Below are positions 1 through 10,070 of a stretch of DNA of 64,000 nucleotides, one piece after another (the first letter of the stretch is position 1; every line of letters begins with the position of its first letter). Made by a program: the position numbers and the translations under genes. Under the pieces are notes generated by a model that worked only from the letters and a program-made list of their open reading frames with translations, was not told the origin of the DNA and searched no databases. Source of the stretch: a virus (lineage: Duplodnaviria; Caudoviricetes); the IMG/VR virus record IMGVR_UViG_3300037067_027616, positions 1 to 64,000 of that record. The stretch is one strand, 5' to 3'.

Positions 1-339
1 ATGGTGTACCACCGTTGGTCCTACAAGGTGTTGTGGATACTATTTAGATACGGGTATGGTCAATTTTGGAAGCTTGATAAGTTGGTTGCAAAGTATTCTG
101 AGGCCCAGACGGGGTGTCCCGTGACCTATTCTTACTCGAAGCGCACTGTTCGTAAGTTGCTTAAAGGTTTCAAGGTACTCAAAGCCACGCCGGAGCATAT
201 TTTCCCTTACCGCATACCCGAGTACAAGAACTACCAATACAAATTGGCGTTCCCTTTCAATTTGATTCCTACATGGTTTTTTCATTGGCTGGAGAAGAGA
301 ATCGGATGGCATCTTTGCGTGTTGGCGGAGAGAATATGA
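1..339 (+). CDS. C-terminal part of a class I SAM-dependent methyltransferase (probably truncated by the window edge)
   Basis: Begins MVYHRWSYK, typical of the post-motif part of Methyltransf_11-type proteins; ATGA overlap with the next gene; first gene seen in the methyltransferase cassette. Confidence 0.5.
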   Translation: MVYHRWSYKVLWILFRYGYGQFWKLDKLVAKYSEAQTGCPVTYSYSKRTVRKLLKGFKVLKATPEHIFPYRIPEYKNYQYKLAFPFNLIPTWFFHWLEKRIGWHLCVLAERI

Positions 340-1019
340 CGGAAGTTTTTGACTGTAAAGCTGCTGAAGATATTAATAAAGCTAGACTCGACCACCTAGC
401 TTCAATGGGCTTGGATTTGTCAAACAAGACTGTTTTGGAGGTTGGCGCGGGCATAGGGAAACTCACGGGTTTTTTCGAAGAGCGCAATTGTCACGTATTG
501 TCTACCGAAGCTAGGCCGGACAACGTAAAAGTATTTAGGGATAGGTACCCGAAGAGACACGTAGAACTTGTCGACCTTAATGTTCCTGGTAGTCATATCC
601 AATTTGGTTTTTTTGACATCGTATTTATGTATGGCACCCTATATCACCTTTCAAGTCCCTCTTTATCCCTGTCGGATTTAGCGCGCGTATGTACGGGTAT
701 CTTACTATTGGAAACAATGGTGAGCCCACAAGATGACGGTTTGGTCAACCCTTGGAAAGAGAAGTCCAGCACGGTGAATCAAAGTGCTGATGGATTGGGT
801 TGCCGTCCTGGGCGCGATTGGGTTATGAAAGAACTCAAAAAAAATTTTCCGTTTGTTTACGCTACACTTACCCAACCGATACATAAAGAATACCCCTTAT
901 GTTGGCCTGCAGTTCCGGGCGTAAATTGTAGATCTATTTTCGTGGCTTCTAAAGCACCTTTGAAAAATACCTATCTTACAGAGAGCCTTCCAAAAATACA
1001 AACTCAAGGGGGAGCGTAA
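336..1019 (+). CDS. Class I SAM-dependent methyltransferase
   Basis: Motif I VLEVGAGIG, FDIVFMYGTLYHL, ILLLET; start moved to ATG 336 (ATGA overlap with the upstream stop, GGAG upstream). Confidence 0.85.
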   Translation: MTEVFDCKAAEDINKARLDHLASMGLDLSNKTVLEVGAGIGKLTGFFEERNCHVLSTEARPDNVKVFRDRYPKRHVELVDLNVPGSHIQFGFFDIVFMYGTLYHLSSPSLSLSDLARVCTGILLLETMVSPQDDGLVNPWKEKSSTVNQSADGLGCRPGRDWVMKELKKNFPFVYATLTQPIHKEYPLCWPAVPGVNCRSIFVASKAPLKNTYLTESLPKIQTQGGA

Positions 1020-1741
1020 TGGAAGCAACTCTATTCGGGCCTTTAAAGATTCAATTGACAAACGAGTCTGCTAAAACGTGGGTAATGACCCCCAATAATG
1101 CTACTAAAATATCTGGACACGACCCCTACGTGCTTGAGTTCTTCTTCAAGAAATTGATAGCTTTTCCAAAACCCGTTGTGTTGGACATTGGGGCCCATAC
1201 AGGCATGTTTTCGTTAATGACCTATTTTTACCCACAGGCGCTTTTTTATTCTTTTGAACCTGCTCCAGAGGCTTTCAGGATGCTCAATGACAACATAGTT
1301 CTTAACAAAATTAGCGACCGGGTTAAAACCTACAATTTAGCATTAGCAAATCACGTGGGCTTCGGAAAATTAAAGGTACCTGTTGACCCCGGAAATTACG
1401 GTTTGGCTGTGCTAGGAAACCCCCTCCGACTTCAAAATTACACTACCGTTGAAGTTCCTGTAGACACCCTTGACAACTTTGCTACGAAGCACGAAATTCC
1501 GAAAGTTAATTTAATAAAAATGGACACGGAAGGGTGCGAACTCCTCATACTTACGGGTGGAGAGAAATTCATCAGAAGGCATTTGCCTGATATACTTACA
1601 GAGAATTATTTACCGAGTACAGCACAATTTGGACATTCTGTTGTTGAGGTTACTAACCTGCTTCAATCTTGGGGCTACCAGAGTCAAACTGTTGGCTCTG
1701 AAGACCAATTTTTCACGCACCCAGACAGGGCGTTTTCATGA
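1019..1741 (+). CDS. FkbM-family methyltransferase
   Basis: VLDIGAHTG, YSFEP, NLALAN, TLD, LIKMDTEGCE. Confidence 0.9.
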   Translation: MEATLFGPLKIQLTNESAKTWVMTPNNATKISGHDPYVLEFFFKKLIAFPKPVVLDIGAHTGMFSLMTYFYPQALFYSFEPAPEAFRMLNDNIVLNKISDRVKTYNLALANHVGFGKLKVPVDPGNYGLAVLGNPLRLQNYTTVEVPVDTLDNFATKHEIPKVNLIKMDTEGCELLILTGGEKFIRRHLPDILTENYLPSTAQFGHSVVEVTNLLQSWGYQSQTVGSEDQFFTHPDRAFS

Positions 1742-2355
1742 AAATTAGAATTGATGTTGGGGCGAACGATGGAGGGGTTAGTATCCCTTGGCTTTCTGAT
1801 CCTAACGTGATTGTCTATGCTTTCGAGCCAGAACCAGATGTGTACAAAAAGTTGTTGCAGAACTCTGGCGGAAACCCACGATACCATTGCATCAACAAAG
1901 CCGTAAGTTCATCTGAAGGAATTTTTGATTTTTATGTGTCCATTGATCCTTCTTGTTCTTCATTGTTGCCCTACACAGAGGAAGGTTTGCGCCGATGGCT
2001 ATGTCCTTCCCAAAGAAGTTTGGGAGTGAAACAAATAATAAAAGTTGAAGCCGTTAGCCTAAAGAATTTCATGGAAGGATATCAAATATCTTCCGTAGAC
2101 TACCTCAAAGTGGATGCTCAAGGTCATGATTTGGATGTTTTGAAGTCTGCAGGAGACAGACTTAAATCCGTGCGAGAATTGGTTTTTGAAGTTCAGACGA
2201 CTGAAGGATTCGAATTGTACAAAGGTTCTTCTAAATTGCCCGCGTGCCTTCAGTACATGAAAGATATGGGATTTGCCTTGGTGCGGGTTGAGGAGTACAC
2301 AAGGAATCAAGAACTCAATTGCTTCTTCCGTAACGAGACTTATAATCAAAAATGA
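1738..2355 (+). CDS. FkbM-family methyltransferase
   Basis: IDVGANDG, YAFEP, NKAVS, YLKVDAQGHDLDVL. Confidence 0.9.
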   Translation: MKIRIDVGANDGGVSIPWLSDPNVIVYAFEPEPDVYKKLLQNSGGNPRYHCINKAVSSSEGIFDFYVSIDPSCSSLLPYTEEGLRRWLCPSQRSLGVKQIIKVEAVSLKNFMEGYQISSVDYLKVDAQGHDLDVLKSAGDRLKSVRELVFEVQTTEGFELYKGSSKLPACLQYMKDMGFALVRVEEYTRNQELNCFFRNETYNQK

Positions 2356-3092
2356 CAGTTACCTTCATAACAGCTACCTTCCCGGCACCCAACCAGTTGC
2401 AACTGAATGCCTTGTATTCTTGGGGTGTGGCTAAAATACCGGTCATTGTGGCCGGCAGATTGGACGACCCCGCAGGAATAGTGGCGAAGTTCCCCAACGT
2501 ACAGAATGTCCCCGAGATACGTACGGCCTCCGACATGGGTGTTTTAAGCACAGCTCCTTTGATCAGCGATATTATTATGAAGTCTCTTCCGTTTGTGAAA
2601 ACAAAAGTGGTAGCATTGATCAACGCCGATATCTTGGTCAAAGAAAACTTCAAAGAAATATTGGAGAAAATAATCACAAAACACGGAACCAACATTTTTC
2701 TCTCTGGTCAGCGGTACGACATAAAAAATGTAAGCCCGGTAACTTCTATTGAGGAGTTGAGAAAAAGATTCGATACGTCTAATTTGCACCAGGGTCAATC
2801 TGGAGATATTTTCATAGGCTCAAAAGAGCGTTTCGAAGAATTTGCTAAAGAGATGCCGGACTTCTTTTTGGGCAGGATGCTTTGGGACAATTGGATACAC
2901 CAATGGTTTTTAACCAAAAACACCTCGTGTTTCAACACTAATCCGCTGTTGCCTACGTTCCACCAAGAACACGGGTATGGCCACATCTCAGGGGACCTTA
3001 TGAAGGATCCGGCGGTATTGCACAACAGCAAGTTTGTAAAATATTGCCGAAGTATCCCGAACCTACAAAAATGGCCGCCAATTACTTTGTAA
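2352..3092 (+). CDS. Putative glycosyltransferase (GT-A-like)
   Basis: INADIL (DXD-like), R-Y-D, GDIF, GRMLWDNW and HQEH motifs; located in the glycan cassette. Confidence 0.6.
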   Translation: MTVTFITATFPAPNQLQLNALYSWGVAKIPVIVAGRLDDPAGIVAKFPNVQNVPEIRTASDMGVLSTAPLISDIIMKSLPFVKTKVVALINADILVKENFKEILEKIITKHGTNIFLSGQRYDIKNVSPVTSIEELRKRFDTSNLHQGQSGDIFIGSKERFEEFAKEMPDFFLGRMLWDNWIHQWFLTKNTSCFNTNPLLPTFHQEHGYGHISGDLMKDPAVLHNSKFVKYCRSIPNLQKWPPITL

Positions 3093-3110
3093 CAAATAAA
3101 GGACGCCACG

Positions 3111-3758
3111 ATGAACCTCACGGAATTGGGAACAGCTTGTGGAACCGATAAAGTCGGACACCGCTACACACCTTTGTATGAAGGGTATTTGGGACACCTA
3201 CGAAATGAACCTATCACCCTCATGGAAATAGGCGTGCACCTTGGATACTCTTTGAAGATGTGGGAGGCGTATTTCACTAAAGGCTTGATATGCGGGGTCG
3301 ACAACTGCACATTGATATCCGCAGATCAATTGAAATCAATGTCAGTGGGAAGAATCAAAACGTTCGTGGCAGACCAGGCAAAACGTGACCAGCTCCAAAA
3401 GGCCGTTCAAGAAATAGGTCAAGATTTTGACATCATTGTTGACGATGGTTACCACTACCAAGAACACCAGCAGATTAGTTTGGCTTTTCTGTTTCCGTTT
3501 TTGAAAAAAGGCGGAGTCTATGTGGTGGAAGATCTGTGTCCAAAGTCTTATCCAGGTGGCGGTTGGGGGATAACGGATATGAAGAACTTTACTGACATAA
3601 CGACAAACGTCCTGGAGCAATTCAAGACGTCAAGAAAAATCACATCCCTCTACATGCTCCCCAAAGAAATAGAGTATCTTAATAGTAACATCGACAAGAT
3701 AGAAATACACTACATCAATAAAGACAGCATCATCGCCTTTATATGGAAAAAACAATGA
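3111..3758 (+). CDS. Sugar O-methyltransferase-like protein (MycE/ElmMI-type class I SAM methyltransferase)
   Basis: GTDK..H.Y..Y, LMEIGV, SLKMWEAYF, DQ, FDIIVDDG.H, GGVYVVEDL. Confidence 0.8.
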   Translation: MNLTELGTACGTDKVGHRYTPLYEGYLGHLRNEPITLMEIGVHLGYSLKMWEAYFTKGLICGVDNCTLISADQLKSMSVGRIKTFVADQAKRDQLQKAVQEIGQDFDIIVDDGYHYQEHQQISLAFLFPFLKKGGVYVVEDLCPKSYPGGGWGITDMKNFTDITTNVLEQFKTSRKITSLYMLPKEIEYLNSNIDKIEIHYINKDSIIAFIWKKQ

Positions 3759-4540
3759 CTATACCTGCAGTGATCATTAATTATGGCAGTTCATCACATC
3801 TACCTCACGTCATCAGCCAAGCCAAAAAATGGGCCAATCCCGTTGTGGTAGTCGGCGATGCGGCCGTCAATGGTCGTACAGCATCGATCGAGGACTTGTC
3901 AGAGGATGTTGCGGAGTTCTCCAAGAACTACGAGCATCTTAGCACGAATGGCCCTGCCGTTGAGTTGTTCTGCATGAATCGGTGGTTGATTTTGAGAAAT
4001 CTGATGCGCAAGAATAAAATTGACACGTGCTTGTATATAGACTCCGATGTTCTTCTTTTTGCTGACCCTACAAAAGAGTGGTACAAATTCAGTCAATTCG
4101 AATTCACTTTAGTTCATTGGACCAGCGGACACACCTCTTTTTGGACCCTAAAGGGACTCGAGGGTTTTTGCAATTTAATGCTGAACACGTACAGGAACAA
4201 AAACACCTATGAGTGGGATAAAATTGCATCCCATTATCACATCAGAAGGAAATATGGACTCGCTGGCGGGGTCTGTGACATGACTCTACTGGAGTTCTAC
4301 GGCCGCACCAGGGTAGGACACGTCGGTGAGATGATGCATATCCAACCAGATGGGTCTACTTATGACCACATCATCTGTGCCTCCGATCAGGGGTTTGATA
4401 TGAAAAACGGTCATAAGGATTTCAAGTTTGTTTCGGGTGTTCCATATGTCCGACTTGGTGACCGACGGATACGTTTCAACACCCTTCATTTTCAAGCCGG
4501 GGCCAAGTCCTTGATCGCAGATGCCGTCCTTAATGCGTAG
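3755..4540 (+). CDS. Putative glycosyltransferase/nucleotide-diphospho-sugar transferase
   Basis: FCMNRW, YIDSDVLL (DXD), CDMTLL, LHFQ; ATGA overlap at 3755. Confidence 0.6.
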   Translation: MTIPAVIINYGSSSHLPHVISQAKKWANPVVVVGDAAVNGRTASIEDLSEDVAEFSKNYEHLSTNGPAVELFCMNRWLILRNLMRKNKIDTCLYIDSDVLLFADPTKEWYKFSQFEFTLVHWTSGHTSFWTLKGLEGFCNLMLNTYRNKNTYEWDKIASHYHIRRKYGLAGGVCDMTLLEFYGRTRVGHVGEMMHIQPDGSTYDHIICASDQGFDMKNGHKDFKFVSGVPYVRLGDRRIRFNTLHFQAGAKSLIADAVLNA

Positions 4541-4554
4541 AACAGGCAGGAATT

Positions 4555-5457
4555 GTGATCAACATATCTTTCGAAACCAGACCAGAACTATACACGGACT
4601 ATGAGAAGTGTCTTGAGTTTTTGAGAACCATAGACGACAACGACTACATATACCCCGACCAACTTGTTAATTTTCACCTGTATTCAGAGGTCAAAAACGA
4701 CAAAGAACTTCTAGCCGTAACATCGTTTTTTGCCACCCAAAATATCGATAAATGTCGGCTTATTCTTTGGTCCGATTATGACGTCAAAGACAATGCGCGG
4801 TTGGCACCGTTTAAGAGTCTCATAGACTTCCGAGTATTCGACCCGATAGAGGAAGCAAAGGGTACCCCTCTCGATTCCCTTACGAATGTGCTTTGTGCCA
4901 CAGACAGCAGGCACTACATGATTAGTGGGCTACTCAGGTTCCTTGCACTCTACAAGTACGGGGGCATTTGGTACGACATGGACATGGTTCTGATTAGGGA
5001 CTTGAAACCTATCCTCAACCAGGAATTCGCTTATATGTGGGGTTCGGAAACAGACTTCTACGGATTCGGCCCTTGTGCTGCTTTTATGGGAATACAAAAA
5101 GGCAGCCAACACGCTACCGTGTGTTTGGATGAACTTATCAAAGCTCCGATAGTACCTAATTCAGTCAGCAGGGATCACGAGATGCTTGCCAAAGTGTATC
5201 GGCGCCGGCCGTTTACTGTCTTTCCATCGGTATTCTTCAACACCGAATGGCAAATCAACGTAAAACACCGTGGATTAGGAACTGCCATTGAGGGGGGTTG
5301 GTTCTGCAAAACAGAATACAGCACCTGTCTTTTCTTGGAAGCTTTTGCTTGGCATTGGCACAACTCGTCCAAAAAGGACCTTGTTGTCGAACCAGGATCC
5401 AAGTTTCATCTTCTAGCAGAACGTGTTGATGCACTTCTTAATAAAAAAGGCTTGTGA
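4555..5457 (+). CDS. GT32-like (Gly_transf_sug, DXD) glycosyltransferase
   Basis: RFLALYKYGGIWYDMD signature, ILWSD, FAWHWHN. Confidence 0.85.
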   Translation: MINISFETRPELYTDYEKCLEFLRTIDDNDYIYPDQLVNFHLYSEVKNDKELLAVTSFFATQNIDKCRLILWSDYDVKDNARLAPFKSLIDFRVFDPIEEAKGTPLDSLTNVLCATDSRHYMISGLLRFLALYKYGGIWYDMDMVLIRDLKPILNQEFAYMWGSETDFYGFGPCAAFMGIQKGSQHATVCLDELIKAPIVPNSVSRDHEMLAKVYRRRPFTVFPSVFFNTEWQINVKHRGLGTAIEGGWFCKTEYSTCLFLEAFAWHWHNSSKKDLVVEPGSKFHLLAERVDALLNKKGL

Positions 5458-5463
5458 CACGCC

Positions 5464-6186
5464 CTACACCGCTTTTCCGTCCCGGACAATCATGTTGTAG
5501 TAATCCCCTTCGTAGCGGTATTTCTTTGTCTGTGACCCCTGTGCGTTCAAGGCGTACAGGAACGCCCCGAGCAAGGTGAATACCTCAAGGGAAGATTCGA
5601 TCGGGTCTTTTTCTCCCCGGAGTTCTAATATGTAGTGGTCGTGGTCATCAAGCGCATGCGGGTCACCAAAATATTTTTCAGCCCACACTTCCCTGTCGGG
5701 CCTTTTGCTGAACGTAAAACCCAAGCTGATGAACATAGGCGGCGGCAGCGGCGTCCAAACTTGATACCCGCTTTCAGTTACCCGCACCGTGTCGATGCAC
5801 CCCACAAGGTCATCAGAATCGGACACCAGAATCATCATGCCTTCTGTTGAGTCGCTTTCTTCGTTCGCCCACCTGGGGTAGCGGAGAAGAACACACTCCG
5901 CGGGCATTTTTGACATGAACCCCATCCCGTTCTCATTCACTTCGTTCAAAGTCATGTTTTTTGGAAGGGATTTCATGAGTTTGATCCTGTTTTTGACCCG
6001 GTATAACACGGGTTTCCTAGTCGACAGAAGAATTTGAGCCATGGACGAAAGTGAGTTTATCTTGGAGTACTCTGCTTCCGAATCCCGTATGGCTTGAGGA
6101 ACATCGTCCATCGGTGTCGCCTTGATTTTTTCCGCCGCCTTCTGTATGAACTCGAAGCCTGCCATAACACTTGATACTAAAGCCAT
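5464..6186 (-). CDS. Hypothetical protein
   Basis: 240-aa ORF directly downstream of the helicase with an AGGA RBS. Confidence 0.6.
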   Translation of the reverse strand: MALVSSVMAGFEFIQKAAEKIKATPMDDVPQAIRDSEAEYSKINSLSSMAQILLSTRKPVLYRVKNRIKLMKSLPKNMTLNEVNENGMGFMSKMPAECVLLRYPRWANEESDSTEGMMILVSDSDDLVGCIDTVRVTESGYQVWTPLPPPMFISLGFTFSKRPDREVWAEKYFGDPHALDDHDHYILELRGEKDPIESSLEVFTLLGAFLYALNAQGSQTKKYRYEGDYYNMIVRDGKAV

Positions 6187-6192
6187 GGTTTC

Positions 6193-9100
6193 CTACCTTT
6201 CGTTAGTGTCCTCGATTGAATCCGGAACCTCCGGTGAATTTTTAGTAACCTTGGTACGGCGGGTTACAAACCTTTTTTGGGGGACATCTAGGATCCTTAT
6301 AACAGATAGTGGTATGTTTTCTTGGTAACATCTTTTCTTTACCTCGTATATGCTTACGCCGTATTTTTCAGCTATGTCTTGTAGACTTTTTTTATCCAAC
6401 ATCACCATATTGTACAAGCTCCCAGGAGAGGCGTTAAACTTGTCATAATAATACGGGTTGCTCTCAAGGTTTGCCGCCTTTTCTGCCCGGGCTTTTGCTA
6501 TGACCTCTTTCTTTGCAAGATAAACCTCCTTGCACGTTTTGACAGTCTGCTCATAGGCCTCTTTGTATAACTTGTAGGCTTCCTTGACTGCTTCCTTGGG
6601 ATCCTCGCATGTCACAAGGCTTTCAGGTCCCTTTTTAATTAATGGTACTTGTTGCCAATTTAACAAGACCTCGCGTTCAGGGCTTACGGGAATTTTTACA
6701 AAATTACCTTTTGTAAAATCATCAGGACTCAAAGGATTTGGGACATAAATACTCCCACGTCCTAATGCGTTCCTTATGGTGTATAGGTCTACATCGTCCG
6801 GGTTTATTATGGGGTTAAATACCTCATCGTCAAGGTCGTTCGGAAGGTTGTTGAAGCACGCTTTTAACGGCATGCCATTTTCTACAACATATTCACCCGT
6901 GACCCATGTGGAAGGTATCTCCGCACCGTATGAGAAGCCATCCCCGCAAAGGATGCTTACGGGTATCATGAACCCGGAAGAGAGAGGGAGATTGCACAAC
7001 GCCCGTTCATACCGCATGAAATTTTCAGACAAGTGGCACCGATTCACACGTGCGATGCCCTCGTGTCCCACCTTGAACCATTCTTTTTTTGTTTCTTCAG
7101 AGGCGTCCTCTCCCACCTTGAATCTTAACACGGACCCGTAAATCTCCTTTGTAATTTCCCTTTTGTCTGAACTATTCACGACCTCTCGCCGGAAAGCTTT
7201 GTCTTCCCAAGCATCAAGGCCGTTAATAAATTCAAGAGCTACAGAGAAAAGGAAAGCTGAACTCGTTTCCCTATAATACTCAAACGCCCACCGAAGGATA
7301 AGATTTCCATCGATGCTTTTCTCCGGAATATATTTGGATCCTAAAGAAAATATGAGGTCTCCTATGACAAAATTTTCCTTTTTGTAGCCCCTGGATAAAA
7401 ACCCATAGCCTTTTGGAACAGGGTGTTTCAATAAATTCTTGATTAGAAACTTTATGACATCGAGGTGTGCCCCGCCGATATCTTGCAAGTGCCTGTGGTA
7501 GTCATAGAGGGTTTCCTCTACGGGCCGTGGTTCATTTCTGTTTACAACGGCTCTGTATAGATCCTCCGGAAGTCCTTTAAACAGGGTTTTATTCAGCCAA
7601 CCAAAATCGATAGACGAGTCGTTTTTTGTTCCATAAAAAAGCGATGATACTTTGTTTACCGCAGGCCAAAGCACATCGAAACCGTTTTTACGCAGGAATC
7701 CAACGTCTATATAATGATCCCTTGGGTCGACAGACACGAGCCTCAAAGTTTTCACGTACAGATAATCTCTCAAGTCTTCAAAAGAGATGGCATCCGTACG
7801 GTAGTTTATGCATATTTGTCCTATGAGTGATTTGACTGAAGATAGTTCCTCTTTGGCTTGATCTTTCGTATGGAAGCCATTGTAGCTAAAAGACAATTCA
7901 AGACCCATAAACAATTCCACCATCATTTCATCGTAGCATTCCCCCAAAAGCGCCCTCACTGACAAGTTGTTTCGGCTTGAAACTTTCGTTCGTTGGTATT
8001 CTGCCACGGGATAGAACATCTCTCCGAGCATCATGGCAACCATCGCGGCGTTCATCCTGTCGGAAAGCCTCTCACGCAGAGTACCTGTGTTTTTCGTAAT
8101 GGAAGGCAGGAAGTTACCTATCCAAATTTTGTTCTTGCCTGGGTATGACCTGAACGCCCGGCCGTTTTTCTGGATGGTCCTCGTTATGGATTGGCTTATG
8201 ACCGTGTTGTACACCTTCGAACAGGGCACCCAATTGGTGGCCTCGTGCATGAGGGCCACAGCCACCACCGCACGGTACTTATCGGGGTGGTCAAGGAGAA
8301 GGTACTTGTTAGCCTTCTGCGTACCTTTGGTCACCAAATCGAGCACCGCCCCTGGGAACACCCCCTCAAGGCCCTCGAGCAAATTCTTCAAGGTGTCTTG
8401 TGACCGGAAAAGTTGCCTCTTGGCAGGGAGTATGACAAGGTGGTACCCGCTCGGGTCATCCCGGACCATACTTATGATAGTCTGTATGGGTGACACGTCA
8501 TACGGGTAGTATTCGTAGTCGAAGCCATCTATGCCCGTAGAATCCCAAAACTCGTTCCAAGGCAATGCGTATATATCGAACTTGGACACGTACGAAGGTG
8601 ACAATATGATTTTTTGGTCGCCGCGGAAGAAGGTCGCCGTGGTAAGGTGCAATTTGCTGTGTTCTCCTCCTTTGGACAGCACGTAGGTACACACCTCACC
8701 CATCTTTGTCCAACCTTCGGGGTCGTAATCGGGGTCGTCCGGGGCGTCTTCTCCGTGGACCACTCCCTTGACGTGGTGAGCTTCGTCTATCCTGATCGTC
8801 AGCCGTGCTATGGCCTGCGCCTTTTCGTTGTCGGACAGGTCCTGCCAAACCATTACAAAAGCTTGGTGCGTGGCCAGAGCCACAAGTCCGCGCGAGGTAC
8901 CTGGTTTCGTTTCCGGGTTGTCATTTAGAAGAAATTCCTTAATCCTTTGAGTTGTTTGTTTACCTATGCACGCATTGCACGTCACGGCCCATTCGAACAA
9001 CCCGTCCTTTGTCATCAAGGTCATTGGGCCGTCCTTGTCAATGAAAGTCCTGTGTACGTGGTTTTGGGGCACGACTATAAGTTGCTTCTGTGTGTATCCG

Positions 9101-9327
9101 CTGGACACTATGTCGTTTGAGGCAAGCCATACCTGCAGAAGTGATTTTCCAGATCCAGAGGGCGCTTGGACAATCCCGTATTTTGATGATTTGAGTATGT
9201 CGTAGGCGCGTTCCTGCCAGGAGAGCATCGTAACGGCTCCCGTGGGATTTGCTTGTGGCAACGAATAAGCCTCTCTCCGGACATGAATCGAAAGGTTCTT
9301 AAGAATAGGTTCTGGTTTGTTTCCCAT
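6193..9327 (-). CDS. SF2 (DExH) helicase, YeeB-like N-terminal half, with long C-terminal extension ending in a probable HTH
   Basis: WQERA (Q motif), APSGSGKS (Walker A), IVVP, ATH, IDEAHH, TATFFRGD, QKNGRAFR (motif VI); C-terminal SLQDIAEKYGVSIYEVKK; start at 9327 has GGAGG RBS and lies downstream of a promoter. Confidence 0.85.
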   Translation of the reverse strand: MGNKPEPILKNLSIHVRREAYSLPQANPTGAVTMLSWQERAYDILKSSKYGIVQAPSGSGKSLLQVWLASNDIVSSGYTQKQLIVVPQNHVHRTFIDKDGPMTLMTKDGLFEWAVTCNACIGKQTTQRIKEFLLNDNPETKPGTSRGLVALATHQAFVMVWQDLSDNEKAQAIARLTIRIDEAHHVKGVVHGEDAPDDPDYDPEGWTKMGEVCTYVLSKGGEHSKLHLTTATFFRGDQKIILSPSYVSKFDIYALPWNEFWDSTGIDGFDYEYYPYDVSPIQTIISMVRDDPSGYHLVILPAKRQLFRSQDTLKNLLEGLEGVFPGAVLDLVTKGTQKANKYLLLDHPDKYRAVVAVALMHEATNWVPCSKVYNTVISQSITRTIQKNGRAFRSYPGKNKIWIGNFLPSITKNTGTLRERLSDRMNAAMVAMMLGEMFYPVAEYQRTKVSSRNNLSVRALLGECYDEMMVELFMGLELSFSYNGFHTKDQAKEELSSVKSLIGQICINYRTDAISFEDLRDYLYVKTLRLVSVDPRDHYIDVGFLRKNGFDVLWPAVNKVSSLFYGTKNDSSIDFGWLNKTLFKGLPEDLYRAVVNRNEPRPVEETLYDYHRHLQDIGGAHLDVIKFLIKNLLKHPVPKGYGFLSRGYKKENFVIGDLIFSLGSKYIPEKSIDGNLILRWAFEYYRETSSAFLFSVALEFINGLDAWEDKAFRREVVNSSDKREITKEIYGSVLRFKVGEDASEETKKEWFKVGHEGIARVNRCHLSENFMRYERALCNLPLSSGFMIPVSILCGDGFSYGAEIPSTWVTGEYVVENGMPLKACFNNLPNDLDDEVFNPIINPDDVDLYTIRNALGRGSIYVPNPLSPDDFTKGNFVKIPVSPEREVLLNWQQVPLIKKGPESLVTCEDPKEAVKEAYKLYKEAYEQTVKTCKEVYLAKKEVIAKARAEKAANLESNPYYYDKFNASPGSLYNMVMLDKKSLQDIAEKYGVSIYEVKKRCYQENIPLSVIRILDVPQKRFVTRRTKVTKNSPEVPDSIEDTNER

Positions 9328-9343
9328 AAAAGCCTCCGTAGAG

Positions 9344-9372
9344 AATATACTAATATAAAGCACCTTTGTAAA
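9344..9372 (-). promoter_or_regulatory. sigma70-like promoter TTTACA-N17-TATATT
   Basis: Exact hexamers with a 17-bp spacer, just upstream of the helicase RBS; same architecture at four other sites. Confidence 0.75.
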
Positions 9373-9457
9373 GGTGAAAATAATGTAAGTTGCTGATTAT
9401 AAAGATAATGTCTGACATTGTCCGACACTATGCTGTCGTGCACCCGTGTTTTTAACG

Positions 9458-9486
9458 TTAAAACCGACCAGGTCAGACGTTATATT
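9458..9486 (+). promoter_or_regulatory. Promoter TTAAAA-N17-TATATT with palindromic spacer (copy 1)
   Basis: 26 of 29 nt identical to 11073-11101. Confidence 0.65.
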
Positions 9487-9521
9487 ATATGTGGGCAGGT
9501 CCTGGAGGAAAAGGAACAGTT

Positions 9522-10070
9522 GTGAACGCCTATGTGGAAAAAAGAGAGTATGACCAATTCTTCTTTAGTGAAGAATGTTTAAAGAAACTAGTGGGGGTGG
9601 TAAGTAACTTCAACAACCCATGCGCGTTGTGTGTTCCTACATTAGGCTATGAACTTGAAAAGCAAGGAAAACAGTGTAGGACGCTAGATATAGACGCAAG
9701 ATTTTCCTGGCTAAAAGGCTTCAAATACTATGACATGCATCTGCCCACGGATTTTAATGAAGAATATGATTTACTGTTGTGTGACCCCCCTTTTAAGCTC
9801 GATGTACAGCAAATATTTGAGGCCGTAAACAAACTAAAAAGAGAGGGTACAACAATAATAGTGTCTTGGTACCAAAGCAGACTAGATCAATTTTTGCAGG
9901 CTTTCTCTGTTCTACATATAAAGCCGGTTGGAGTTACCTTATCATACAGGGATAATGACATATGTTTTTACAATGAGAGCGAGGCACGTAAGTTCGGGAA
10001 GGTATCCGTTGAACTTTACAGTAACAATCCCGAAAGAATAAAGCAACTATGGGATCAGGGTTCGAAATAG
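9522..10070 (+). CDS. N6-adenineMlase/EEF1AKMT1(N6AMT2)-like methyltransferase
   Basis: QFFFS, C.PTL, LDIDARF, FKYYD...P, DLLLCDPPF in the order seen in that family; GTG start after GGAGG/AAGGA. Confidence 0.7.
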   Translation: MNAYVEKREYDQFFFSEECLKKLVGVVSNFNNPCALCVPTLGYELEKQGKQCRTLDIDARFSWLKGFKYYDMHLPTDFNEEYDLLLCDPPFKLDVQQIFEAVNKLKREGTTIIVSWYQSRLDQFLQAFSVLHIKPVGVTLSYRDNDICFYNESEARKFGKVSVELYSNNPERIKQLWDQGSK

